The notes: generated by a model from the letters alone, not told the origin. A stretch of DNA of 64,000 bases from an uncultured Thermodesulfatator sp. (GCA_964581255.1 CAZOMT010000010.1:176156-240155), one strand, 5' to 3'. Counted from the first letter of the stretch, positions 19,550-30,193 are shown. A program made the numbers and translations.

Positions 19550-20317
19550 CTATTCTTGTGATACAGAATTTTCGAGCCTTCCTATGCCCTCTATTTCCAC
19601 GACAACTTCATCCCCTGCTTCTATCTTGCCAACCCCAAAGGGTGTGCCTGTGGCTATGACATCCCCTGGCTCCAGGGTCATGATATGAGAGATGAAGCTG
19701 ACCAGTTCAGGTACTTTGTGGATGAGGTTGCTGGTGTTGGAATCCTGACGTTTCCTGCCATTCAGGTATGAACAGATCTTGAGGGAGCTTGGGTCGAGTT
19801 CTGTCTCAATATAGGGTCCTATGGGGCAAAAGGTGTCAAAGGACTTGGACCTTGTAAACTGGCCATCCTTTTTTTGAAGATCTCTGGCTGTGACATCGTT
19901 AACACATGTAAAACCAAGGATGTGGCCATAGACATCTGATTCGTTTACCTTAGAGGTCTTTTTGCCTATGACTACAGCAAGTTCTGCTTCATATTCCACT
20001 TGGTTGCTCATGCTTGGAAGGACTATCTTGTCACCATGGCCTATTACCGCCGATGGCGGTTTCAGGAATATCAGTGGTTCTTCAGGAATGGGCATCCCAA
20101 GCTCCCTGGCGTGATCCAGGTAGTTGAGGCCCACAGCCACTATCTTGGTGGGTTCACATGGTGGAAGAAGCCGCACCTTGTCCGTGGCATAGGTCTCACT
20201 GGAAGCAACAATGAGTCCTTCAAAGGGTGAAGCCACTATGACAGATATGTTGTCTCCCTCCAAGATACCATAGAGGGGATCCGGAGAACCTGGCCTGTTG
20301 AATCTTGCAATTTTCAT
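19550..20317 (-). CDS. Fumarylacetoacetate hydrolase (FAH) family protein
   Basis: KIVAVGLNYLDHA...EAELAVVIG...NDVTARDLQ...K..DTFCPIGP motifs. ATGA overlap with the dapB stop. Confidence 0.85.
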   Translation of the reverse strand: MKIARFNRPGSPDPLYGILEGDNISVIVASPFEGLIVASSETYATDKVRLLPPCEPTKIVAVGLNYLDHARELGMPIPEEPLIFLKPPSAVIGHGDKIVLPSMSNQVEYEAELAVVIGKKTSKVNESDVYGHILGFTCVNDVTARDLQKKDGQFTRSKSFDTFCPIGPYIETELDPSSLKICSYLNGRKRQDSNTSNLIHKVPELVSFISHIMTLEPGDVIATGTPFGVGKIEAGDEVVVEIEGIGRLENSVSQE

Positions 20318-21117
20318 GAGAGCCCCAGCACATCCTGCATGTTGTACATACCAGCGGGTTTGTCCTTGATCCAGATGGCTGCCCTGACTGCCCCCTTTGC
20401 AAAGGTGTCTCGGCTGGATGCCTTGTGGGTGATCTCCACCCGTTCTCCTATGCCACCGAAGAGTACAGTGTGTTCGCCAACTATATCGCCGGCCCGTATG
20501 GTCTGAATGCCTATCTCCTCACGGGACCTTTCGCCAATCAAACCATTTCTTTCGAATACCGCCACCTTGTCAAAATCCCTACCGAGGGCCTTGGCCACCA
20601 CCCTGCCAAGCTGAAGGGCGGTTCCACTCGGAGCGTCTTTCTTCATCCTGTGGTGGGCTTCGACTATCTCCACGTCGTAATCGTCTCCAAGGACCTTTGC
20701 CGCAAGGTCCAGAAGCTTGTATAGGAGATTGACACCCACGCTCATATTTGGGGCTAGCACACATGGAAAGGCATTGGACAGCTCTTGGATACGGCTATAT
20801 TCGTCTGGAGAAAATCCAGTAGTGCCAATGACCATTGCCCTACCTTTTTCTGCTGCTTTTTCAGCATGTTTTACTGTTGCCTCATGAAAAGTGAAATCGA
20901 TTATCACATCACCTGAATCGATTACACTTTCTAGCGAGTCTGCAATGGTTACACCAAGCTGTCCTACACCAGCCACCACACCAGCATCCTTGCCCACGGC
21001 ATCGCTGTCTGGTCTCTCAAAGGCAGCGGCAAGTTCAATTCCTTTGGTGCCACTGATGATATTGATTATGCGGCCTCCCATCCTGCCACCAGCTCCTGCT
21101 ACAATTGCCTTGATCAT
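20314..21117 (-). CDS. dapB: 4-hydroxy-tetrahydrodipicolinate reductase
   Basis: GAGGRMG Rossmann motif and EAHHRMKKDAPSGTA. Confidence 0.9.
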   Translation of the reverse strand: MIKAIVAGAGGRMGGRIINIISGTKGIELAAAFERPDSDAVGKDAGVVAGVGQLGVTIADSLESVIDSGDVIIDFTFHEATVKHAEKAAEKGRAMVIGTTGFSPDEYSRIQELSNAFPCVLAPNMSVGVNLLYKLLDLAAKVLGDDYDVEIVEAHHRMKKDAPSGTALQLGRVVAKALGRDFDKVAVFERNGLIGERSREEIGIQTIRAGDIVGEHTVLFGGIGERVEITHKASSRDTFAKGAVRAAIWIKDKPAGMYNMQDVLGLS

Positions 21118-21156
21118 GTCTATAGGGTCCTCTCGTTTGCTAAAAGGTTTTGGGTT

Positions 21157-22095
21157 CTACTTCACCAGTTTGAGAGACTTCAAAACTTCCATGAGCCTGG
21201 CCTTGTTGGCTTCGCTCATGGATGCAAGGGGAAGCCTCACTTCGTCGGATTCTATTTTACCCATTTCGGCAAGGGCTGTCTTTGCAGGCACGGGATTTGT
21301 TTCATAGAATAGTGCTTCGAACAGTGGAAAGAGCTTGTAATGTAGTCTCCTGGCCTTGTCTATGTCGCCCTTCATGAAGGCATTCATCATATTGGCCATC
21401 TCCTTTGGCATGAGGTTTGAGGCCACAGAAATGACACCTTTGCCCCCAACTGCCATAGTTGGAAATGCTGTGAAATCGTCCCCGGAAAGAAGTATGAAGT
21501 TTCTGGGGCACAACCTGATGACATCGGTTACCTGTTTCAGGCTGCCAGTAGCCTCCTTGATGCCTATCACATAACGATTTTTGGCACAGCGTGCTACTGT
21601 CTCAGGAAGCATGTTTACGCTGGTCCTGCCAGGTACATTATAAAGTATCATGGGAAACTTACATTCCTGAGCCACTGCCATAAAATGCTGATATAATCCT
21701 TCCTGGCTAGGTTTGTTGTAATAAGGAGTTATCACCAGGGCCGCATCAGCACCGGCTTTTTTGGCATGCTTGGTAAGCATTATGGTTTCAGAGGTGGAGT
21801 TTGACCCTGTCCCGGCGATGACTGGGATCTTACCATTGACTGTCTCCACTGTGAGCTCCACAACCCTCATGTGCTCTTCGTGGCTCATGGTAGCAGACTC
21901 GCCGGTCGTGCCACAGGGCACGATGCAATGAGTGCCTGCCTTTATGTGCCACTTTATGAGGCTCTTCAATCCCTCCTCATCGATCTTGCCATCCTTAAAA
22001 GGGGTCACTATTGCTACTATTGCACCCTTGATGTCCTTTTTAGATGACTGCTTACTGTTCTTGGTCGTTTTGCCAGCCCTGGTTCGGCATGCCAT
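21157..22095 (-). CDS. dapA: 4-hydroxy-tetrahydrodipicolinate synthase, with a ~20-aa K/S/T-rich N-terminal extension
   Basis: GAIVAIVTPF, GTTGES and YNVPGRT motifs. The ATG at 22095 has a GGGAGG RBS, so the extension looks real. Confidence 0.9.
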   Translation of the reverse strand: MACRTRAGKTTKNSKQSSKKDIKGAIVAIVTPFKDGKIDEEGLKSLIKWHIKAGTHCIVPCGTTGESATMSHEEHMRVVELTVETVNGKIPVIAGTGSNSTSETIMLTKHAKKAGADAALVITPYYNKPSQEGLYQHFMAVAQECKFPMILYNVPGRTSVNMLPETVARCAKNRYVIGIKEATGSLKQVTDVIRLCPRNFILLSGDDFTAFPTMAVGGKGVISVASNLMPKEMANMMNAFMKGDIDKARRLHYKLFPLFEALFYETNPVPAKTALAEMGKIESDEVRLPLASMSEANKARLMEVLKSLKLVK

Positions 22096-22291
22096 TTTAC
22101 TAAACCTCCCTTGGTAATTTTTAGAAACCTGAACCCAAGTATCGAGTCCAGTACTATCCCTATCAACTTTTTAGAAATATGGCACATTTTGAGTGCCACG
22201 CAGAAGATAATTCACTCTGTAAATGAAATCAAATTTTTATAGTTCAAACAAGCCTGAAACGAGTCTGCAACAAAAAAACTGAGGTCATTGC

Positions 22292-22831
22292 TCACTTGTA
22301 TGCCTTATGGCATGCTTTCATTAACATTTCTATTTCGTCTGACAACCTGTTTGCTGCTTCATAATCTCCCTTTTCAGCCAGACCATAGAGCCTTGTAATC
22401 ATTTCCTTACATGTAGCCCATCTGTTTTCCCAGGCAGGCTCTGCAAAGTCTCCATATCTGTCCAAAAGTGAAAGACATTTCCCCCTTGGGGGCATCGACT
22501 GCCGTATCCTTAAGGAATGCCTTATCTCCTTCCAATGGCCAGCAATGGCCTTCTTGAGCCTTTTGACCTCATAGGGACGCCTTTTCCTTGAAGACCTTTT
22601 CCCCTTGGAAGAGGCTGAGTCACTATGCCTACGAAACCCTTTGACCGAAAGATCGAGTGTAAATTTTCCATTTTTTTCCCTAACGATCCATTCAAGGCTG
22701 AGTTCTTCCGGTATGGGGATTTCGTCTTTTTCGAGGCTTAGGGCTCCATCTGCTATTCTTCCCGCAAGCCTCGTAAGCTCCTGTGCCAGCTCTTCTTTGG
22801 AAAGCCCGTGGCTGTCCTTTTTCTTTTTCAA
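22292..22831 (-). CDS. Amphi-Trp-domain-like protein with a basic linker and a C-terminal helical domain ending ...KACHKAYK (resembles the 'XXXCH' domain I recall from the TIGRFAM GAK-system set)
   Basis: LSKEELAQELTRLAGRIADGALSL...IPIPEELSLEWIVREKNGKFTLDLSVKG fits my memory of amphi-Trp proteins. TTG start directly after the upstream TAA. The family names are recalled, not verified. Confidence 0.4.
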   Translation of the reverse strand: MKKKKDSHGLSKEELAQELTRLAGRIADGALSLEKDEIPIPEELSLEWIVREKNGKFTLDLSVKGFRRHSDSASSKGKRSSRKRRPYEVKRLKKAIAGHWKEIRHSLRIRQSMPPRGKCLSLLDRYGDFAEPAWENRWATCKEMITRLYGLAEKGDYEAANRLSDEIEMLMKACHKAYK

Positions 22832-23884
22832 TTACATCCCTCTGATCCTATCTGAAACCCCCCTGGTAAGTTCCAATGCCTTGATGGCCAGCTCCTGTTT
22901 CAACAAACCAGTGCCACAACTTGGGGTTATGAGGCAACTTTTCCTGATGAGATCCTGGTCGGGACAGAGTCTTGACACCTGGCTTTTCCAAAGTCCCAAC
23001 AGGGATTCCACTGTCTCTTTTTGGAGATCTGCCTCGTTCAAGGTGGGAACGATGCCCCAGGCAAGTATGCCCCCAGCCTTGAGAAAATCCAGCAGCCTGT
23101 CTTTGAAAAGAAATATCTTGTCGAAGTAGCTGTAGGCGTCGAAGCTCAATATGTCCAGGGGTGTTTCGAGGACAAGGGACCAGTCTGTGTTGGCACAGAC
23201 GTGAATTCCTGAGATACCGCCTGCGTCCCTTATTTCTTTCAATGGTTCGCTTATGTCCGAGATGGCATCCTGCCTGGTGATACCTACCATTTGAGACGAG
23301 CCGAAACCAGACAATGCAGGCTCATCGAGAAAACATATCACGTTTGGGCAGAACCTTTTCATCTGTTCAACCTGGTATCTGGCCTTGAGGGCTATTGCCT
23401 TGGTGACTGCCTCCCTCAGCGTAGGGTTGAAATATGCCATCTTGCCATCACTATCCTTAATGCCTGTGAGCATGGTAAAGGGGCCGGTAATTTGTCCCTT
23501 GAGCGCGACAGGCTTGGTATCCAGTTCAGAAACTGCCTTTAAGAAACTTTCAAAGCCCTTGGCAGTTTCTTTGGAAAAGGCAAAGCGCGACCCTTCGAGT
23601 GGCTTTCCTCCTTCTGTGACAGCAAGATAATCCTCAAAAAATTCAAGGACTTCCTGATCAAATTCTGGAGAGGAGGTGTCAAAGAAAACCGAACCTTCCT
23701 TATCCCGTACGGCCGGAAGCCCTTCGGAAAACTGTGTCAGGAGCCTTTCCTTTGGATAACAGGGTAACTGGGGCCAAAGAGGGATCTCTTTCATGTATTT
23801 GAGAATGAGGGCGGTCGCCTCTGTATGGTCCTTGAGGGGCAAGCTGCCTATTAGAGTAGGCAAGCAATCTGGTTGAAAATTCAT
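22832..23884 (-). CDS. Cobalamin-independent methionine synthase (MetE C-terminal-like / Meth_synt_2) family protein
   Basis: PTLIGSLP, CFLDEPAL and GIHVCANTDW resemble the MetE-like catalytic barrel. Substrate unknown. Confidence 0.5.
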   Translation of the reverse strand: MNFQPDCLPTLIGSLPLKDHTEATALILKYMKEIPLWPQLPCYPKERLLTQFSEGLPAVRDKEGSVFFDTSSPEFDQEVLEFFEDYLAVTEGGKPLEGSRFAFSKETAKGFESFLKAVSELDTKPVALKGQITGPFTMLTGIKDSDGKMAYFNPTLREAVTKAIALKARYQVEQMKRFCPNVICFLDEPALSGFGSSQMVGITRQDAISDISEPLKEIRDAGGISGIHVCANTDWSLVLETPLDILSFDAYSYFDKIFLFKDRLLDFLKAGGILAWGIVPTLNEADLQKETVESLLGLWKSQVSRLCPDQDLIRKSCLITPSCGTGLLKQELAIKALELTRGVSDRIRGM

Positions 23885-23939
23885 ATTGAGTTATCCTTAC
23901 AATTCACTGCTCTTTATGAAAGACCAGCTACTTCTATTT

Positions 23940-25499
23940 TTATTCCTTTTTATCCAGATGGATATAGGTTATTTCAAACTGCTCCAAATGGAAATCAGGT
24001 CTGGGTTCAATGATAATCTCCTTTTCAAACTGCCGTTCCAGTAGTTCTATGAAGGTGGCTTCCTCCTTCAAAAGCATCTCTCCTATGGCAGGATGAACCT
24101 GTACTTGAATGCCATTGGTGATATATGAAGACGCATCCCTGCTTATTTTCCGGAAGATTTCATAGCAGACGGTGCGACGCGATTTCAAGCTGCCAGCCCC
24201 TTCGCAGTAGAAACACTTTTCAGTGAGTAACCTTCCAAGGCTTTCCCTGTTTCTCTTCCGCGTCATTTGTATGAGTCCGAGTTCAGACATCCTGAGGATA
24301 TTCGTCTTGCACTTATCCCTTTTCAAGGCCTCCTTGAGGGTCTTGAACACCTCTTCCCTGCTGGAAGAATCTGCCATGTCAATGAAATCTATGATGATCA
24401 ACCCTCCAATGTTCCTGAGTCTCAACTGATAAGCGATCTCTTTTGCCGCCTCTATGTTGGTCTTAAGAATAGTGTCTTCAAGGTGTCTTTTGCCCACGAA
24501 TTTTCCGGTATTCACGTCCACTGCCGTTAGGGCCTCGGTGCTTTCGATAACTATGTAACCTCCAGACTTGAGCCAAACCTTTTTCCCTAGTGAACGAGAC
24601 ATCTCTATCTCTATTCCATGGGCATCGAATATAGGCTGGGAATCTTCATAGAGTTCCACCTTTGGTTTAAGTTCAAAGGCAAAGGTGTCTATGAATTGGA
24701 GTATCCGATCGTAGGCCTGCCTTGAATCCACAACAAGCCTTTCCACGTCTCCAGTGAAGAGATCCCGCACCGCCCTCAGGGTGATGTCGAGGTCCTCGTA
24801 TACAAGGCTTGGAATGGGAAGGGTGGAGCTTTGTTGCTGAATATTTTTCCACAGCCTGAGCAGGAAATCCATCTCTGCCTTCAAGTGCTCTTTTTTTATC
24901 CCCTCGCTGGCAGTCCTGGCAATAAAACCTGTACCAGCAGGCCTAAGTTCCTCGATCAATTCCTTGAGCCGGATTCTTTCGGCTTCGTCCTCAATGCGCC
25001 TTGAAATGCCCACGTGATTCATGGTGGGCATAAGTACAAGATGCCTGCCGGGAAGGGATATATGAGATGTGATCCTTGCCCCTTTGCTTCCCACAGGTTC
25101 CTTGGTCACCTGCACAAGGATCTCCTGCCTTTCGTGTAACAGGTCCTCTATGCGAAATGGGGGCGGGACGTAATGCAGGTCTGGCTGGGGCTCTTCATCC
25201 TGGTGCCTCATATACGGGTCTGGTTCTTCCACACATTCAGCCCTTCCAAGCATAAGTTCAAATTCTGATAGATGGTCATATACGTCTGTGACATACAGAA
25301 AGGCTGTTCTGTCCAGGCCAATGTCCACGAAGGCTGCCTGCATTCCTGGCAACACCCTAACTACCCTGCCCTTGTAAATATTTCCAACGTGGCCTGGCCT
25401 TGTGGCGCGCTCCACGTGAAATTCCACTGCCGTTCCATTTTCCAAAAGGGCAACCCTGGTTTCCCAAGGGGCAACGTTTATGATTAGCTCTGCTCCCAT
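23940..25499 (-). CDS. rng: Ribonuclease G / RNase E-G family endoribonuclease
   Basis: N-terminal S1 region GNIYKGRVVRVLPGMQAAFVDIGLDRTAFL, DNase-I-like core, and GGLIIIDFIDM. Confidence 0.85.
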   Translation of the reverse strand: MGAELIINVAPWETRVALLENGTAVEFHVERATRPGHVGNIYKGRVVRVLPGMQAAFVDIGLDRTAFLYVTDVYDHLSEFELMLGRAECVEEPDPYMRHQDEEPQPDLHYVPPPFRIEDLLHERQEILVQVTKEPVGSKGARITSHISLPGRHLVLMPTMNHVGISRRIEDEAERIRLKELIEELRPAGTGFIARTASEGIKKEHLKAEMDFLLRLWKNIQQQSSTLPIPSLVYEDLDITLRAVRDLFTGDVERLVVDSRQAYDRILQFIDTFAFELKPKVELYEDSQPIFDAHGIEIEMSRSLGKKVWLKSGGYIVIESTEALTAVDVNTGKFVGKRHLEDTILKTNIEAAKEIAYQLRLRNIGGLIIIDFIDMADSSSREEVFKTLKEALKRDKCKTNILRMSELGLIQMTRKRNRESLGRLLTEKCFYCEGAGSLKSRRTVCYEIFRKISRDASSYITNGIQVQVHPAIGEMLLKEEATFIELLERQFEKEIIIEPRPDFHLEQFEITYIHLDKKE

Positions 25500-25752
25500 G
25501 ACAACTAAAGAATAAAGGGTGATTTGACAAAGTACAAGTAGGGCATGGGCCTATTTTGCTGGGCTTTTCGTGGTTTCTCATCCACGAATAGAAGCCATCT
25601 TTACACATTTGGCCAAGCTGTGGCTGAAAGGCCGGTTGACTCCCTGGCCTGATCCAAGCCGTGGCATAATGGAAGCAAATATTGTATGAAACCAGCCTAA
25701 CGCAGACGTTAAATGAAAAGGTCGCATACAAAAAAACGTGGGAGATTCAGTT

Positions 25753-26208
25753 ATGCGCGCTGTATGGCAAAGGGTTAAAGAGGCAGAGGTAAGGATCAAT
25801 GGAAAAGGTTTTGCCCAAATAGGCAAAGGTGCCCTGGTCTTCTGTGGAGTAGAAAAGGGAGATAGCCTTGAAGATGCCCGTTGGATAGCAGAAAAGTGTG
25901 TTAATTTAAGACTCTTTGAAGATGAGAAGGGACGTTTTGATAAATCTCTTCTGGATATAAGAGGGCAGATGCTTCTGGTATCCCAGTTCACACTCCTTGG
26001 TGATTGTAGAAAGGGAAGACGCCCATCCTTTTCAAAGGCTGCAAGGCCAGAAGAGGCGAAGACACTCTATGAAGACACCGCACGGTTCATGGAGGCCAAG
26101 GGCATAGAGGTGAAGACGGGTGTCTTTCAAGCACACATGGAGGTACATTTGGTGAACGATGGGCCGGTTACGGTTTTGCTCGACAGCAAAGACAAAAAAG
26201 GCGGGTGA
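25753..26208 (+). CDS. dtd: D-aminoacyl-tRNA deacylase
   Basis: MRAVWQRV...ALVFCGVEKGD...LLVSQFTL...NDGPVT. ATG at 25753 is preferred over the track's GTG at 25738. Confidence 0.9.
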   Translation: MRAVWQRVKEAEVRINGKGFAQIGKGALVFCGVEKGDSLEDARWIAEKCVNLRLFEDEKGRFDKSLLDIRGQMLLVSQFTLLGDCRKGRRPSFSKAARPEEAKTLYEDTARFMEAKGIEVKTGVFQAHMEVHLVNDGPVTVLLDSKDKKGG

Positions 26209-26224
26209 GATTTCTCCACCCGCC
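26194..26224 (-). terminator. Hairpin plus U-tract reading on the minus strand (putative adk terminator embedded in the dtd 3' end)
   Basis: GGCGGGTG...CACCCGCC stem (26200-26224) with an A6 run on the plus side, which is a T-run on the minus strand. Confidence 0.45.
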
Positions 26225-26252
26225 TGCTAGCGTTATCTCACATGGGTGTTAA

Positions 26253-27017
<765 letters not shown>

Positions 27018-27042
27018 TCACATCTGGTTTACCCTTGTCCCT

Positions 27043-27600
27043 ATGGAAAATGAATCGCGATTCATAAACGGGGTAAAGGGTCTGATCTTCACCATCGACC
27101 ACGTTAGCGAATTGATGGGGAAGGCGGTCTCCTGGTGTTCCTTGCTATTGGTAATCCTGGTCACATTGAATGTGATACTTCGCTACGCCTTCAATATCAG
27201 TTTTGTATTTGCCGAAGAGATGCAGTGGCACCTTTATGCCCTCATATTCCTTTTGGGCGCAGGATACACATTGAGATACAACGGCCACGTAAGAGTTGAT
27301 GTCTTTTATCAACGCCTTGGCAAAAGGGCACGGGCATTCATAAATGTAATGGGTTGCCTCCTATTCCTCTTTCCAGGTTGCTTTCTTGTGATAAAGACCT
27401 CCATTCCGTTTGTGGAATCTTCCTGGGCCATGCAAGAGGGCTCAGCCGACCCTGGTGGCCTGCCTTGCAGATACCTGCTGAAAGCTGTCATCCCCCTTGC
27501 CTTTGCCCTCCTTTCCATACAAGGCCTGTCCATGTTTCTGAAAAGCCTTTTTACATTGTTTGGAAGGCCTATCCCTGACCGGAAGAAAGGGGGCATCTAA
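27043..27600 (+). CDS. dctQ: TRAP transporter small permease (DctQ family)
   Basis: 185-aa four-TM protein. Its stop overlaps the start of the large-permease gene. Confidence 0.8.
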   Translation: MENESRFINGVKGLIFTIDHVSELMGKAVSWCSLLLVILVTLNVILRYAFNISFVFAEEMQWHLYALIFLLGAGYTLRYNGHVRVDVFYQRLGKRARAFINVMGCLLFLFPGCFLVIKTSIPFVESSWAMQEGSADPGGLPCRYLLKAVIPLAFALLSIQGLSMFLKSLFTLFGRPIPDRKKGGI

Positions 27601-28919
27601 TGGATTATCTAGCCGCATGGATGTTTCTTACCTTAACCATCCTCCTTCTTGCGGGTTTTCCTGTGGCCTTCACCTTACTGGGCACTGCCCTTTGCTTTGG
27701 CCTGATAGGATTTGGCTGGGATTTTTTCAACCTTCTACCCATGAGGATTTGGGGTGTAATTACAAACTTTACCCTTGTAGCAGTGCCATTGTTCATATTC
27801 ATGGGGGTCATGTTGGAACGTTCCGGCATAGCAGGCGACCTGCTGAAAAGCATGGGGATGGCTTTTGGTAGGATAAGAGGCGGGCTTGCAGTATCTGTTG
27901 TAGTGGTGGGAGCCCTTCTTGGTGCCTCCACAGGTATAGTTGGTGCTACTGTTGTCACTATGGGCCTGCTTGCTCTGCCCACCATGATAGAATATGGCTA
28001 CAGAAAGGAACTTGCCACTGGAACCATAGCATCATCAGGAACTCTGGGGCAAATAATCCCACCGAGTATCGTTCTGGTGCTCTTGGGGGACATAATAGGG
28101 GTTTCAGTGGGGGATCTCTTTATAGGGGCTGTTATACCCGGCCTCATATTGGTAATTCTATATGTTATCTATATCCTTGTGACTTCCTGTTTGCATCCCG
28201 ACTGGGCTCCACCAATCAAGGATGACACATTCAAGGAAGAAGGACGGTCTTTTGCACTATATCTCTTGAAGTCATTGATTCCGCCGCTGTCACTGATGGT
28301 CGCTGTCCTTGGTTCCATCTTTGCAGGTATTGCCTCGCCCACAGAAGCTGCAGGCGTAGGAGCGACTGGGGCTACTCTTCTTTGTATCTTGAACAAACGC
28401 TTCAACATGGATGTACTCAGGACTGTCATGGAGACTACGGTTCAGCTCACAAGCATGGTCTTCATCATATTGGTAGGCGCAACGGCATTTGGGCTGGTCT
28501 TCAGAGGGCTCGGAGGTGATATTGTCATAAGGCAGTTTGTCACCCACATCCCTTTTGGGAAATGGGGGGTGCTGGCCACTGTAATGGCTGTTATCTTCAT
28601 AGCAGGTTTTTTTCTGGACTTCATTGAAATCACCTTCATTCACATACCAGTGCTTGCTCCCCTTATGAAGACAATGGGATTTGACCCTGTATGGTTTGCA
28701 ATTCTTTTTGCGGTAAATCTGCAAACCTCTTTTCTCACGCCACCCTTTGGTTTCTCGCTATTCTATCTTAAAGGTGTCGCGCCGCCAGAGGTATCCACTG
28801 TCCAAATCTATAAGGGGATTATACCCTTTGTGGCCATTCAGCTGATTGGACTGTTTATAGTGGTGCTTTTTCCTGAAACAGCAACTTGGCTGCCACGGCT
28901 CATGAACTCCCTGAGATAG
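27600..28919 (+). CDS. dctM: TRAP transporter large permease (DctM family)
   Basis: 439-aa polytopic protein with DctM-like blocks (AVPLFIFMG, GGLAVSVVV, TLGQIIPPS, FGFSLFYLKG). Confidence 0.9.
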   Translation: MDYLAAWMFLTLTILLLAGFPVAFTLLGTALCFGLIGFGWDFFNLLPMRIWGVITNFTLVAVPLFIFMGVMLERSGIAGDLLKSMGMAFGRIRGGLAVSVVVVGALLGASTGIVGATVVTMGLLALPTMIEYGYRKELATGTIASSGTLGQIIPPSIVLVLLGDIIGVSVGDLFIGAVIPGLILVILYVIYILVTSCLHPDWAPPIKDDTFKEEGRSFALYLLKSLIPPLSLMVAVLGSIFAGIASPTEAAGVGATGATLLCILNKRFNMDVLRTVMETTVQLTSMVFIILVGATAFGLVFRGLGGDIVIRQFVTHIPFGKWGVLATVMAVIFIAGFFLDFIEITFIHIPVLAPLMKTMGFDPVWFAILFAVNLQTSFLTPPFGFSLFYLKGVAPPEVSTVQIYKGIIPFVAIQLIGLFIVVLFPETATWLPRLMNSLR

Positions 28920-29284
28920 TAAGTCCCTTCCATAGATGGCTTTTCATGGTTCTATTGGAGGATGTTCTGGCCTGCACTTTCTCAGACATCTCCTGTAGTC
29001 GTCCATGGCAGAAGTTGTTGCTTCCATCAATTTTGCATCAGAAAGGCCAGTTTCCTACAGGTCCATTATCATAAACATGTTCACAGTCGTGGTCTGAAGG
29101 ATGAGGGGCCCGGCGAAGAGAAGGTCATTTACGAGAAAGGTTTGAGATGTCGAAGAGTTGGGATTCAAAAACGTCGCTCGTCTTCTAAAGGGCATTCGTC
29201 TTGTCTACCATGGGAAACATGTAGTCCGGCATCAAATTTCGAGCAAACAGAAGGCATGGAACATATTTCCCCAGAGGTTTTGTT

Positions 29285-29317
29285 ACCTACAGGAGCCTTG
29301 GACAAGCTCCTGTAGGT
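29285..29317 (-). terminator. Perfect 12-bp hairpin just downstream of the orthocaspase gene (terminator-like, no U-tract)
   Basis: ACCTACAGGAGC-cttggacaa-GCTCCTGTAGGT. Lies 19 nt beyond the stop at 29336-29338. Confidence 0.4.
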
Positions 29318-29335
29318 AAAAGACAGTCTCAAGGT

Positions 29336-30193
29336 CTACCTTTCCTTGTTGTTTTCCAATTTTTCATCTGTTATCACATTTCTGTTCCTTTTTGTGGCAT
29401 CTACCTCAAGCTGTGGCACCTGGCTGTAATGGCCGTGTCTCAGGGAGGCACGCACTTTCTGGAGCAGCCTGCGCCGTGAAACACGAGGAGAACGCCTTAA
29501 GTGTTTATTGAAGTAGTAGGTAAATGCCCCGTGAAATCGGCCATTTATATAGGCATCTGCAGATGTCTGATCTGCCCTGCAACCTGCCCATAAAATGTGG
29601 TGTTTCCTTTTCCTCCTCTTGGCACCTTCTATGAATCCTCTATATTCCAACTCATCCTCCTCGCCTGAAAAGCGCAATAGCAGATCGGTGGGAGGTGGGA
29701 GATAGCGGCTGATAATTTTAGGCTCTTCATCTTCGACAGGAGGTTCAAGTCCTATATTTCTGAGCCCGGTTCCTGAATGACAAGAATCCAGGACTACTTC
29801 GAGCAAAGCACCTGCTGGCACATTTTTGAGTATGCTATTTAGTTCGTCGTCTGTGATATAGGTGCCGCTCCAGTCCATGTCATAGGGACAGATGAGCTCA
29901 TCCAGGTGGTCCACCAGTTCATCACCATCCCTGTCCCTGATCTGGGACCCATGGCCTGAAAAGTGGAAAAAGAGGAAATCCCCTGGTTTGGCATCGTCCA
30001 CCAACCATCTAAGACGCGCCAAGATATTGTCTTTGGTTGCCCTACTGTCAGTAAGGACCCTGATCTCCTTTGTCTTGAACCCAAATAGGCTTCTGAGGGA
30101 AAAGTGCATGTCCAATACATCGTTGATACATCCTCTCAAATCGTTGACCTTTTCGTAATCGTTTATCCCTACGAGCAATGCCTTCCTACCCAT
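29336..30193 (-). CDS. Orthocaspase / caspase-fold (C14) cysteine peptidase with p20- and p10-like regions
   Basis: ALLVGINDY, catalytic His in FFHFSGHG, catalytic Cys in VLDSCHSG, and a p10-like ILWAGCRADQTSADA...GAFTYYF. AAGGAG RBS. Confidence 0.85.
   Translation of the reverse strand: MGRKALLVGINDYEKVNDLRGCINDVLDMHFSLRSLFGFKTKEIRVLTDSRATKDNILARLRWLVDDAKPGDFLFFHFSGHGSQIRDRDGDELVDHLDELICPYDMDWSGTYITDDELNSILKNVPAGALLEVVLDSCHSGTGLRNIGLEPPVEDEEPKIISRYLPPPTDLLLRFSGEEDELEYRGFIEGAKRRKRKHHILWAGCRADQTSADAYINGRFHGAFTYYFNKHLRRSPRVSRRRLLQKVRASLRHGHYSQVPQLEVDATKRNRNVITDEKLENNKER

Noticed and set aside
22096-22291. Possible lysine riboswitch in the 196-nt dapA leader.
   Set aside because: No AGAGGCGC-type start or other L-box core sequences are visible on the minus strand.
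25613-25665. Direct repeat CCAAGC[T/C]GTGGC x2, and a TTGACT...CATAAT pair, in the rng/dtd divergent region.
   Set aside because: The -35/-10 spacing is about 23 nt, too long for a sigma-70 promoter. A 12-nt repeat with one mismatch seen once is weak evidence for anything.
28962-29315. 117-aa plus-strand ORF between dctM and the caspase gene.
   Set aside because: It has no RBS, an unusual His/Cys/Ser/Arg composition and no recognisable motif. I treat the region as non-coding or decayed (see the finding at 28920-29335).
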